A stretch of DNA of 64,000 nucleotides from Yuukianura sp. NJ FZ-2021 (taxonomy: Eukaryota), in the NCBI GenBank assembly GCA_046563655.1, contig CM102290.1, positions 10,292,001 to 10,356,000 of the forward strand, given 5' to 3'. This document shows, one piece after another, positions 37,401 to 49,809 of the stretch. The position numbers were made by a program, and so were the translations under genes. The notes under the pieces were generated by a model. It was not told where the DNA came from, did not search any database, and was given only the letters and a program-made list of their open reading frames with translations. Position 1 is the stretch's first letter; each line of letters opens with the position of its first letter.

Positions 37401-40400
37401 TTAAAATTCTGACTAACGTGCTAAATTACCTGTTCACCCCGCAAAAAAATTAATTCTCAGAACACGCTACATTTCCCAAAATTTTTATGTTTACTATCAA
37501 CATGTCATGTTTACCAACTATGTCAGCCTAACCCAACATAAAAAAAAAACGTCAATTCCCAAAACCAATTTATCGTCACAAAAACCTGCGTCAAATCCCT
37601 GGCTTAACCAAGTTAACAATTAAAAAACAAACAATGTCACTTAACCTAATGTCAATATAACCTAATTTCAAAAGTTACTAAAAAAAATCATTGGAAATGA
37701 CCAACGGTATTCAAACCCTATTCAAATTAATTTTTAATTCTTTATCAATTTTTTGAAAAGCGCGTATTTTCTGGAAAGGGAGTATTTCTTGTTTGAAAAT
37801 CGTATTTCTTTAAAGTATGTATTTGTCTTTCAAAAAACGTGTATTTTTTGGAAAAATATACAAAAAGCAATTGGTATTTGTAGAAGAAAAAGATTGTGAG
37901 AATCGTAGTTTTGGTAGGCGATTTGGAAGGGAGGTTTGAGAGACAATGGAATTAAGTGGTTTTACTAACAAACTTGTTCATTTTCTGGAGGATCATACCT
38001 CCCTCATTAACCCTACGCTAAAAACACAAACACTAAAAACCTAACCTAACAAACACCAGCAAAACACATCACTTGTGTCTTCACTTCTCTCTCAGCCCCA
38101 TCACAGTTAGCACTAACTCTCCTAACAATCACTAAATCGTTAAAATCACTAAAATTCAAATTCATTAATCACAAATTCATCAATGGATTATCACGCAAAA
38201 ACAGAGGAAACAATCAACGAGTGGAATTCTCACATAACCCCGTCGCTTGTCTCCCGTTTTTAAAAGAAAAATTCATTTTTCAAAAAGTGCCAAAAAATAC
38301 TTTTGTTCAAAATAAGTGCCAAAAAGACGCTTTGGATTCTGCTTATTTGAGGTAATCTCCTATTGTCCGATTGTCTTAACTTAAAGTAGTAATTAAATTT
38401 ACCAAAACTCGTTTTAATCCGTGAGTGGATTGAAGAGACTTTTGACAGGAGACAAAAAAAATGCTTAAATTCGACGACGTTTGGACACTGAATTGTAAAT
38501 TGCAAAGATTTAGCACAGTACGGAATTTGGAAATGTTGAGCCAAAATTTTTCAAATTTTAAACAAGCTTTAGGTTGGTGTTAGACCGGGTCCCTTTTTCA
38601 TAATTTCAAATTTGACTTTCAAAAGCCCAGTGTACCAAATTTTTGCAAATGTCGCCAGAATTTTGTGCAAATTCTTGCCAAAAAGAGCCATGACACAGTG
38701 CTGACAGTTGAGGTGATCCATGGGAACATTATATAAAGTGCACAGAGAGCATCAGAAGGAGCTAAAGAATCAAAATCTTTTTTGCACATCAAAAAAACCT
38801 TCAGCCCCTTCTTCTTGCCTCTGCTCGTCTCTCTCTATTGTTCTCACGAAAACGTCTTTGCGAAAATTCTCATGCCACTCTTGCCACGACTTTGACATCT
38901 TCATGCATGTCTCCTTCATTCAAATCTCCATTAAAAGTCACTTCTTCAAACAAAACATTCAAAAACCAACAAATTCCAAAAAAAAAAAAAAAAAACTCGT
39001 CTCAAAAACATTGACAAAAATTTCGAAATTATCTAACGTTACATAACCTATTCAAAAAATTGGAAACGGTGGTATGTTTATGGTTTGTTTTTGTTTGCAA
39101 AAACAGCAACAGCAAAAAAGTTTTTCAAATTTTGAAGAAAAAAAGGCGGAAAATTTGTTTTGGTGGCGAATAACATGTAATAAAACTCAATTAAAAGTAC
39201 AAACTGGAAATTAACATGCGGATTTGTGCAAATTTTTTTGCACGTGGGCTAATTCCCAGCGTTTTATCGTTTTCTTCTGCTAATTTTTTTTAAATCCAAT
39301 GACGAATTTATTAAAATGGAATAGGATGAGCGTGATGCCGTTTAGTAAGCGTTAGAGGTATATACCAAAGTCCAAAAAAAATGGCACAGAGAAAAATATC
39401 GCGTGTCGCATGTCTGCTAAAAATTTTCTTGATGAAGGAAGACGTTTTCTGTGTAAAATTTTTCGCCAGTAAAATAATTACAAATAATTGGAAATATTTA
39501 TTTATTTTCGGTTTTTGCAAAAAATACTAACTTTTTTTTCCCAAAAAAAAATTTGATTGGCGTACAAGTTTTACTGCCTCTTCTAGTACGTACCTAATGT
39601 TATGATTATGACTAAACGACAACCTGCGTCAATCCAGCTCCAGGCGGGGAAGAAAAAAATAGCTTTAGACAACTTTTTTTTTGTCTGGACCGGAAAAAAT
39701 TTTAACTAATCAAAAAGTTCTCATATTTAAAATTCATCGTTAACGCCAATTGGAAATTTCAAATTTTGGCGCACCTTGTCCTTGTTTTTGGTACTTGCTG
39801 TACAATACTACACATTTAAATAAAAAGGCCGGTTTGTACGACTGGATTTTGACGTCAAGAAACATAGGAGTTTCCAGAATCCGTGTTCTCTACACGATAT
39901 CTTAACTGACGTACTTCACATGCGCCATAACTCAAAACTACTTACTACGAAACTAAAATGTCAAAAAATGGTTAACAAATTTTGCCATTTTCGCTTTTTT
40001 TTTATTTCGAAAGTATGCTCCATTTTCGTTAGGACTAATAACTTTTTATTAAATGGAGTGCGTTGGCATAGCTCTTTATACTGCATGGAGAGTTCAATGA
40101 ATCAGGCGAGATAAGAAAAATGTGCAAAATCAGTGATCACTTTTTGACAAAAATTTGGCAAAGTTGGCACGAATGGAACCTAATCGTATTTTGATCTCTC
40201 CTGTTGTGGTCCATGTATAGTTTTGAGAGTGATTTGTTTGCAGAGTGTGTTGGCCTCATCCTAACGTTTGTCTACTAAAATTTACTAAATGTCAAATTGG
40301 CAAATTGAGTCCAATGAGCGTTATGGGTGCGGTGTGTGGGTTCCACTTAATTGGTGACAGAGTGACTCAGGTGAGAAGAGGCCAATTACCTGGATCCTCT

Positions 40401-41653
40401 TGTTTACATTTTAAAAAGGTAATTTTAAAGTGTAAACTGCTGGACAACGGGATCTCTCTGTTGTAGACCGTGCGCAATGGACTCAAATAATTAAACAGTT
40501 CACACCTCTGCTTAATTGGGATTTGACTTTAGTAATAGGCGGAAGTAAAGGATATTCACCGTCCACCCACAAACGGAGCTTTCAGTCCAGTTTATACGCA
40601 CGGACACAACACATTCCCACAACACAATACAGAGCACAACCAGATTCAAAAAATACTGGACCACAATAGAGAATACTATTTTAAACGTTTAAAACACAAT
40701 CATTGGACAGCATCAACCATTTGTAAGGATCGCATTAAACTAAAAAAGGACGAAAACGAAAAACAAATATTTTGTAAACAAAAAACCAAAAAGTTTGAAA
40801 AGAACGCCTAATTTTGAAAGTGGTGCTGAGTGACAACAATAATTGAAAGACGAGTGTTAAACAGCGTGTTTATAGTTAAGTTCAAAAACACTGTTACTAA
40901 CATTAATTTTTCCAAAAAGTTTTCTTTGAAAACCCACTGAATGAGGGTTTTATTTCTAGTGGTGACAGAGTACCCAGTGTCATAATTTTGAGAAATTGAG
41001 AATTCTGGAGTGTTATTCCCTGGATTTTTGAGTGTTTGAATTATTATATAATTTCTGTGGTTACTGGATTTCCGTGCAACAGTTTCACTTTTCCAGTGGT
41101 CAACTTTTGCATAACTTTCAAAAAAAAAAGTTAGTAACAAATAGCAATGACTCCGCAACTTCACCAAAAAGCCTCTTTCCCCAATCACAATCACACCACG
41201 CACATTTTTTGAACTTTAATTTTTTTAAGTCTGCAAGTTTAAAGTGTTTTAGTGACCTCTGACCCTGTCATAGTAAAAAACCAAATTTCTGGAAGGGACT
41301 TGCATTAATATACAACACCTAACTCAGAAAAACCAGGAGGGTACTCAACTTTTTACAACACTTACAAGATATTACCCGACTTTTAGAAAACGTCAAACGC
41401 TGACGTTCGAAAGTCAGCCGTGACTCAGATTTTTGACTAAAAAGTTCAAGAAAAAAAATACAAGCAAAACAAAAACCTAGCAACATTTTATAAGTTGATT
41501 CAAAAATTTCAAAATTCGACTTTTTTAAAATTCTCTTTTATGTTTGCATTAAACTCTTGTTCTAATTGTGTTTTGACTTAAACTTTTGTTCTAAAACTGT
41601 GTTTTATCATTTAATATTTCCAGTATCCTGCCTGGTTGACAGACAAACGCAGT

Positions 41654-44151
41654 ATGCTGGATTGCAGGATGTCGTCCCTGATGAGCCCTGCCACGCCCGT
41701 CAGCATCCTCTCCGATGTAAGTACTAAAAGCGCATGCGCCATTGACAGTATTTCTCAGAAACATTTAATATATAATGTCGTATCTGTCCAGCACTCTACC
41801 AGAGTCCATTTCATGCTACTTGAGATGGACTTTGAGAGTTGATCAATTAGTAATTAGCACTTGCCAAAGTAAAGATCCATAATTGGGAAGTGTGGATCTT
41901 TTCCAGCCGAGGATTAAATTAAGTTTTATCAATTCCGCAAAGTGCTAAATGCCAATTAGGATCCTCCTTATGCCGGTGGAGTCCACTTAGCGGATTTTTA
42001 TGTGGTGGGGCTCCACTGCCTCCAGACTCTCATTACCACCACCTCATTTCCAATCAAGCAACAAACAGTGTGGGTGGGGCCTTGCACCCCCAGGGGGGAG
42101 GGCAAGAGCGGTGGCGGCTAATGACAATTAAAGATCCTCAGTTCTAATTAACAAAGCTCCCTCATCTCACTCGAGATCGTTCCACGTTAACACATCTTCC
42201 AGTCTTAGAAAATGCACAGGCTAACCTGAACTTATAAACTCTAAACGTCACTAAGACGCCAATATTTTAAAAAATAGCGCTACCATTTTGAAAATCAGCG
42301 CCTCCAAACCGTACTAGGTAATAGGAGTTTTCTACAAGTGAGGAGGAACGCCCACTCATGGGAAAGCTAATCAGCGTAGTTTGAACAGTGTCGCTTGAAT
42401 TTGAACGCATTTTAAAAAAAGTTGCTTGTTCCAGTGCTACGGGATTTGGGAACACGAAAACATGACATCGTCCGGTGTGACTAAACTAGAGAGTACGGAC
42501 ATCATGGACTTTGGAGATGGAGCCATGACGCTGTCCACGACGTCACTTGACCACTGTCCCAGTGGAGCCTTGGTCAGTGGATCACACAGAACCGATTTCG
42601 GTGGGTTCGGAGGATCACAGACATACTTGCAGTCAATGGGCTCAGATCCTTACTCACCCAATGACTGCCACCTCCTCGAGAGCTTCCATTGTCTTGGAAG
42701 TATGGACAATTCCTTTCACAAACGTAAGTCAAAACACAATTTAAACTAAATAGTGACTCAAATTTTGAAATTTTCCTTCGGAGATTTTACTTTTTTGGTT
42801 TTAACATTCAGTGTCAGACTCTTCGCCTTTCGAGAACTACGACAACTTCATTCCTGATTTGATCCAACATCAGCCTCAGGCTCATCTTCACCATCAACCT
42901 CCCCCTCACTTAGGGCAAAGTCACGGTCGCTTAGGTCACGAGGTCATGCCAAGTTCCTCCTACACTAACCACCAAGAGTACAACAGTCACCTCTGGGGAG
43001 ATACTCTCAACTGCGACGGAGGCGGTGCAGAATTCTTTCTGCGCAAGGGCACCTCACCTACTACGTCAGGTATGCTAAGGTGTTAACGCATTGCGTTATG
43101 TTGTTACTGCGTGATCTAAATTGGTTTTAACCTTGTGTTTTAGAGTCCATTTTATCCTACACCGACATTGACTCTGAAATCGAATCGAAGTCTTCACGAG
43201 AGAGCTTGCCGACATTTGCAGAAGGGTCATCCCGGGTAGGGTCACCGCCAAAACGACGCGTTGGTCGCCCGCCAAAAAAAGACAAAAAACTAAAACGAGC
43301 TGGTAAAAATCTAGACTTTTTTTTATCGTTTTTGCGCCCGCTAGTGTAAAACTCTTTAATTGTTTAGTAAAATTGAAACTTTCAATTGATGTTCTTGCCT
43401 TACTCATGAAGGTCACCGGTTGACCTGACACGAAACTTTAGTTTCTCTCACTACTTACATACTTTGATGAGAAAATGTTAATTTGACCAACGGAAATGGC
43501 AGGGGTAGCAATTTAAAAATCAAAATTGCATATTTTCTTGACATTCCGTTCCTCGTTATGGAGGCATTTTGAGTAATTTTGAAAACTAAAACATGGCCAT
43601 CCGCCTTGAAAAATTTTGGCATGAGCAGAAAACTTTATAAAAAGCAAAAAGTTTCATTTACGTTTTAAATTAAGCGTTCGGAATTGATTTGCAACAAATT
43701 GAAAGTATTAATAACTTGGGTTTTGATTTTGGATTTACAGCAGAGAAAAAAACTGGGAGACTCTGGGAATTCATTCGGGATTTGTTGAAAAATCCCGACT
43801 ACTGCCCAAGCCTTGTTCGGTGGGAAAATCCGGAAGAGGGTCACTTCCGATTTGTCAACAGCGAGAAAGTTGCACAACTCTGGGGTCAAATCAAAGGAAA
43901 CCCACGCATGACGTACGAGAAGCTAAGTCGAGCCATGAGGTTAGTCGTCAAAATGATTAACGTAACAAAAAATTATCCAGAAATACCTAGTTGACCTCTT
44001 GACCTTTATCGCCCTGTTTACTCTGAATAGATACTACTACAAGAGTCATGTCTTTGAGCCAGTATTAGGACGTCGTCTGGTCTACAAGTTCGGCTACAAT
44101 GCCACCAACTGGAGACCAGTCAACCCAAACTTTGTGCAAAAATTGTACTAA
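41654..44151 (+). CDS. ETS transcription factor, ESE (ELF3/EHF/ELF5)-like, with an AT-hook-like motif
   Basis: ETS domain GRLWEFIRDLLKNPDYCPSLVRWENPEEGHFRFVNSEKVAQLWG...MTYEKLSRAMR|YYYK...GRRLVYKFG. An upstream exon has KRRVGRPPKK. Exons ~41654-41716, 42435-42724, 42812-43069, 43144-43302, 43741-43939, 44031-44151. Confidence 0.92.
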
Positions 44152-44346
44152 AAACTAAAACAGAAAAACAAAGAGTTTGTTTAAAGTGTTTTTTATATTT
44201 TAAAAATTACCATCTTGTTCTACAAATAAATATTTTCCTCCAAGTTCATAACTTTTCACGGATGTTCAATTAACTGGCCCTTAGGTGCCCCTCAGGACAC
44301 TATTCAATGGGTTACAATGGAAGAGTGCAATGCAATGGAGGATACA

Positions 44347-45236
44347 TGACGTAGTGACGTAGTGTGTTATACGTTATGGACGGGACCTTGGCCAAGACGT
44401 TTTTCAGAGAAATCTACGTTAGCAACAACGTTATAACTGTAAAAATCGCTCTCAAACCGTTACTCGACCTATAAACGACCTCCTCACAGAAAAAGTTCAA
44501 CGATGATTTCGTTATCTCTAGTGGTTACCGCTAAGATGAAAGGAATGTTCGTTTCCTTACCGTGGACGATGACCTCGATCCGTCGCTGATCAGTGACCAC
44601 CCATCAATTGACAAGACTCCATCTTCACTGATTCACAAGCGTAGATGACGTAGGGTGTTAGACGGTATGAACAGGACCTTGGCCAAGACGTTTTTCAGCG
44701 ACCATCTATGATAACAACAATGTCATAACTGTACAAATCAGTTGTTCTGAAATAGTTACTCCGTATAAACGATATTTTCTCAGAAAAAGTTCATCGGTCA
44801 TTCCATTATCCCTATGTGGTTAGGTTACTGCTAAGATGAAAGGAATGTTCGTTTCCTTACCGTGAACGATGACCTCGATCCGTCGCTGATCAGTGGCCAC
44901 CCATCAATTGACAATGACTCCATCTTCACTGATTCACAAGCGTATGTGAGACGTAGGGTGTTAGACGGTATGAACAGGACCTTGGCTAAGACGTTTTTCA
45001 GCGACCATCTATGATAACAACAATGTCATAACTGTACAAATCAGTTCTGAAATAGTTACTCCGTATAAACGATGTTTTCTCAGAATCATCAGAATCATTC
45101 CATTATCCCTATGTGGTTAGGTTACTGCTAAGATGAAAGGAATGTTGGTTTCCTTACCGTGTACGAGGACGTCGATGCCTCGATGGCCACTGACCAGCCA
45201 TCAACTGCCAAGATACTCCATCTTCACTGATTCACC
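44347..45236. repeat. Three diverged tandem copies of a ~290-305-bp unit
   Basis: GGACCTTGGC(C/T)AAGACGTTTTTCAG occurs at 44383, 44674 and 44977. ACTCCATCTTCACTGATTCAC ends each unit. Confidence 0.92.
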
Positions 45237-46498
45237 ATGCTTAACGACTGCACTCGTTAATTAAACGTTGACTTAAACTTAATTAATATACTAAATGTTC
45301 AAATTACGGAGAACGAAGAACGAATCCAGAATGAAAAGCAAACGATCCCCTCTCGATCCAAGATATACCGCAAAACTTCCAATAAAGTGCTCTCCACTTT
45401 TGGAGTCGGAACCACATATGTACCAAGGGAAATTCGCCGGCTTCCGATAAGTGTCACTGTCTGAAATAGTGGCCGGGGTTATATGGGATATAGGAATAAA
45501 ACGTTATCTAATTTCGACTTGGTTGGTAATATCAATGTTACAGTCGGAGTAGAATCATTACGCGACGGTAGAAAGCGAAAATAAAACGGAATGGTAAACA
45601 TTAAACAATCCAAAGGTTTGAAATGTCTGATTCTGAATGAAATATAAGCAGTGACAAGAAGTACTTGTACACTACCTGTCAACTCATCAGCTGGTAAGCA
45701 TTACACCAAACACTTAAAAAAAATTCGCAGATCACTTAAGGTTAAAATGAAAGCTTATCTTTGTTTTTAGAGACGATTGAGTGTTAAGTCAATTTGAATG
45801 GGCATTATAATTAACAATATAATAATTTTGTTAAGTTATTAAGTTATTAGGTATATTATTTTAATTAAGTGATTATGACGGAATTAAATCCAATTCTAAA
45901 TAACCACGGGGCCTTCGCGGGGATTTTACGGTAATCTCCCCCTTTTTGTTTCTCAAAGAGAAAGAGGGTAAGTGACAAAGGAATTTTCCCTCTTCATGGC
46001 GTCTGTTGTGGGTGGAGCGAACACAGACGCTCCTCGCTTCTCTCTTTTTCCCTCCAGAAGATGGCACTACAACTTCATATGCAAATCTAAACCTCCCTTT
46101 ACACGTTAGCAATAGCACCCCACCCAAACAATACATTACCAATGGACCTAATTATACAATTACCATTTAACTAAGTTTAATTAACGTTAGTCACTTTCAC
46201 AGTGTAACGACCATCTAATAATCACGATCAAACGAGACACTCCGTGGAAACAGATATGCATGAGTTTTCTTGTAATCTCTTCCAGGTGAGTTTTTATTAA
46301 GATTCCTTGTAGTATTTGTGTTGGATTGGAGGTCATTTATTCAATTATTGTTTTATCTTACCCATCTATAGTTCTACCGTCGCTGTCTCTATAACAAGTC
46401 AGTGAGTGCTTGTAACGAAAGCAGTATCATCCTGTCATTTCCAGTCGATCACAGTTCCATTGTCATGGACAACATTCACTCCTCATTTGGCTAGACGC

Positions 46499-48372
46499 AT
46501 GGAGTCCACTCCTGTTCTCAATTCGAGGTAACGAACGTCAGTCTACGATGATACTCTGACTTTGGTAGTTGCATACGGTACGATGTCATTTAAACATTTG
46601 TTTACTATAGTTGCCCGTTGGGGTTGGACACGCTGGACATACGACCGCCCATCAGTTGTCCTGATCTCGCTGCCGTGAGTTGTTAAATCATAAAAGTTAC
46701 GTGATTCCAGCCATTTCATGTGTCTATTCGTCTGATTTCAGTGTGAAGTCCGGTGGCCGTGTGAACTGCGTGAATATTGGCAGGACATCCATCCTCTGAC
46801 GGAACTGACGCAAGTATTTCTCTCATACGGAACTATCGCCACATGCATACTCGGTAACGTCTTCTGCTAATCCACAATCCAGTTACCGACATCATAGTTC
46901 TACTACTAGTTTATTCCTTTCATTACTAATGGATTCTTTCAGGCATACTGCTCAATTGTTTGTCATTCTACACTCTGGTTTCATCTGGATTAGCCAAGAA
47001 TGGCAGTGGCCTCTATCTCGTTGCTCTCTCGATTTGTGACACTGGAAATCTGCTCTTCAATTACGCTCTAGGCGTAGCTCGCGGTGAAATTGATGAAGTA
47101 AACGCTAGGTTTTTGGTAAGATGCATCAAGTTGCTTCTTCAGATTTCTTTAAAGTACGATAAAAGACAGATCATTCTGGTCATTTTTAGCAACTAAATGA
47201 TCACATATGATTGACATTGAATTTGACAAAAAATTGGACATTGTTAATATGAAACAATGGGATTGATTGTCACGCGAATTCTCATACTGTTTTGTTTCTT
47301 TGCAGAATAACGAATGGCTATGCAAATTCCACGGAGTTTTTGTAGAAGTGTTCCAGCTCATCTCGGCCTGGATTGTGGTGTGTTTTACAATCGAAAGATG
47401 TGTAGCCGTCTGGTATCCACTCATGCTCAGAACGTCCAGCAAACGAAGATCACGTCTCGTTATTTCCTGTGTCTGCGTTACAATGACTCTCTTCAGCTTC
47501 TCTAAGTTCTTCCTAGTTGGTAAATGATGTTAACTTTCGACAATAAACTAATGCAGAAAAAGGACGTGAACGATAACATATAGTGTTTTTGTAGGATTTG
47601 AAAAGGACAGTGTCTTTGGGTATGTCGGCTGTCTTTCCTCGCGATACTTCTGGGAAGGAATGTCCTACATCCGAGTTGCTTTTCAAACATGGATCCCCAC
47701 AGTGCTCGTCGCAGTATTCAATTGCCTAATGTTCTGGAAATTACGACAGATCAAGCGTATTAGAAAGCGTCTCACAGGTAAGCACAAACGCACAGATGAT
47801 GGCTGTTGGTTTTTAATCGTATAATGAAACGTCGTTTCAGCATCAGTTACATCTGAACGGAGTCATCTAAGCGTCGATACGACGCGACATTTTCGATCCA
47901 ACTCAACAACACCCATGCTTGTCGCCGTTTCTCTGGCTTATCTGACGCTTGTGCTTCCTTTGGGTGCCGTTCAGAGCGTGGAGCTGCACTGGAATCGACA
48001 TCACATTGTCAGACCGAGTGCCACTGAGCCAGAGCGATCGGAATACATCGAATGGTAAGTCCGGTGAACACTTCTGCCTAAGCAGCTTGCTGTTTCCAGA
48101 AGTATTTTGATTCTTTTTTTAGGATGAAGGTGAAGCTGCTGCTCAAGTGCATTCGATCATTTTGTTTTGCTTTCTACCAAATAAATTTTGCCATAAACTT
48201 CTTCCTGTACTGTGCTGCTGGAGTCCAGTTTCGAACGTACTTGGCTCTCAAATTGCGCAGCGGGTGGGCTAATGTTACTTCATGTGTGTGGACATCCCAT
48301 GTCAACAGGATTCCTAGCATGGGAAGAACTAGTACCAAAACAATGACGTCTCAGGTGGATTCTGCTGTCTAA
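46499..48372 (+). CDS. Rhodopsin-family (class A) GPCR, peptide-receptor-like, ligand unknown
   Basis: TM motifs GILLNCLS, YLVALSICDT, CK...SAWIVVCFTIERCVAVWYP, TWIP, TTMLVAVS, INFAINFFLYC. About 8 exons. The N-terminal exons are less certain. Confidence 0.9.
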
Positions 48373-48623
48373 AAATCTTTCGTATGTTTTCTAAAAACTA
48401 TCCTAATTTTGTAACACTTCTTATATTTTTGAATAGTTAAAATTCTGAGAGAATATAATATCCCAAAGATTTTGTTCGTAACGTGACAAACATTGGCCGA
48501 AGCTACCCGGTTGCCGGGAGCAAGATAAAATTGCAATTTCTTCATAATTATTGTAAAATCGTAAAATTATTGTGTGTGTAAACATTGAAAAGAGGAACGT
48601 TTGCCATTCTGCTATGGTTTGCG

Positions 48624-49809
48624 TCAAAGTGGAAACTTGGAAGCATCTTCAGTCGAATCCAAGTATGGTGAACCGGATCGCTCGTCGTTGTTTGGTAGAT
48701 CCGAGAAGCGGAGAACCCCTGTATAAAGACCCCGTTGCTCATGCACATGTGCCACGAACTCATCCATAAGAACTGGCCCTGGAAAAATTCAAAATTTAAA
48801 AAATGAATTCTAGTTGAAAAGTAGATAGTGAAGACCCTTACATGCTCCGCTGTCGTCGTATCCCTTGAGTGAAGTGACATCGCGTGAGAAGTCAATGATG
48901 TTCATGAATTGGTCTCTCGTAAGGCTCTTGACCTTGGTCAGATTCAAAAACAAAAGAAATGCTTGGCAGTACTTCCATTTCTTGTGCAGAAACATGCGCA
49001 CCAACTCTGCTCCTGACTGAATGTCCATTCTCCCGCCATCCCTGTCACGCTCCTACAAAGAAAAGTCAGGTTGAGCATTCAAGTTTCAAGATTTCATACT
49101 TGCCAAGATTAAGGTTACAGAAACTAACCCGAACATAATCGTAAGAAAATCGATACACTTCCCGCTCAAATACTGGATCGTCATCTAGCAACCGGCGAAG
49201 GCCTTCCCACTGCTCAACCAGCTTCTGACTCGAGTCGATTCTAAAAATTCAAAACAACCAACGTAATTCACCTGTTTTCATTAACATAATCTAAAGAAGG
49301 TTAGTTGCTCACTTGAAGTAGCTCATGCCTGTGGTCCACTCAGCTCTCGAAATCGTTCCGCAAGTCTTGACACCCATTTTGTAAGACAGGATGAGGAAAA
49401 CCATGTCATCCGGCTCCTTTCCAATGCCATCGCAAAATTTCAAGATGTCATAGGTCGTCATGACTCCCGGATCTTCCTGGAGACAGAGATGGTCGAACCA
49501 GAGGTTACAGGCACTGAGATTGAAAGGTTCTGATGGCGGAGTAGCCTGAGAGACTGGTGGGGCTGGTCCATGAACTTCTTTGGGAAACAAGAACTTGCTG
49601 AGGACGTTCTGGAACATGGCGAGACTGAAGGTGGTAATTGGTTCTGAGGCACTGAGGAAGTAGCGTGTCGAACTAAGCACTAGTTCGCGTGGACTAAACA
49701 GCATCATCATCGTATCCCTCCATCGTCGTTGACGCTTCAGGATTCTGCTGAGGAAAGTGTCACTAGAACAATTGAAGTCCCAGTCCACTAGACTCCAATT
49801 ACCCGGCAT
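48624..49809 (-). CDS. DCN1-like (DCUN1D family) cullin neddylation co-E3, divergent
   Basis: ILKFCDGIGKEPDDMVFLILSYKMG...ISRAEWTTGM, VYRFSYDY, TRDQF, and the spliced YDDSGA|WPVLMDEFV (PONY/cullin-binding domain). The start codon is uncertain. Confidence 0.88.

Noticed and set aside
31700..41300. Numerous 60-150-aa ORFs in intergenic DNA
   Set aside because: Lys/Phe/Asn-rich translations of A/T tracts, mostly with non-ATG starts, no domains and no coherent exon chain.
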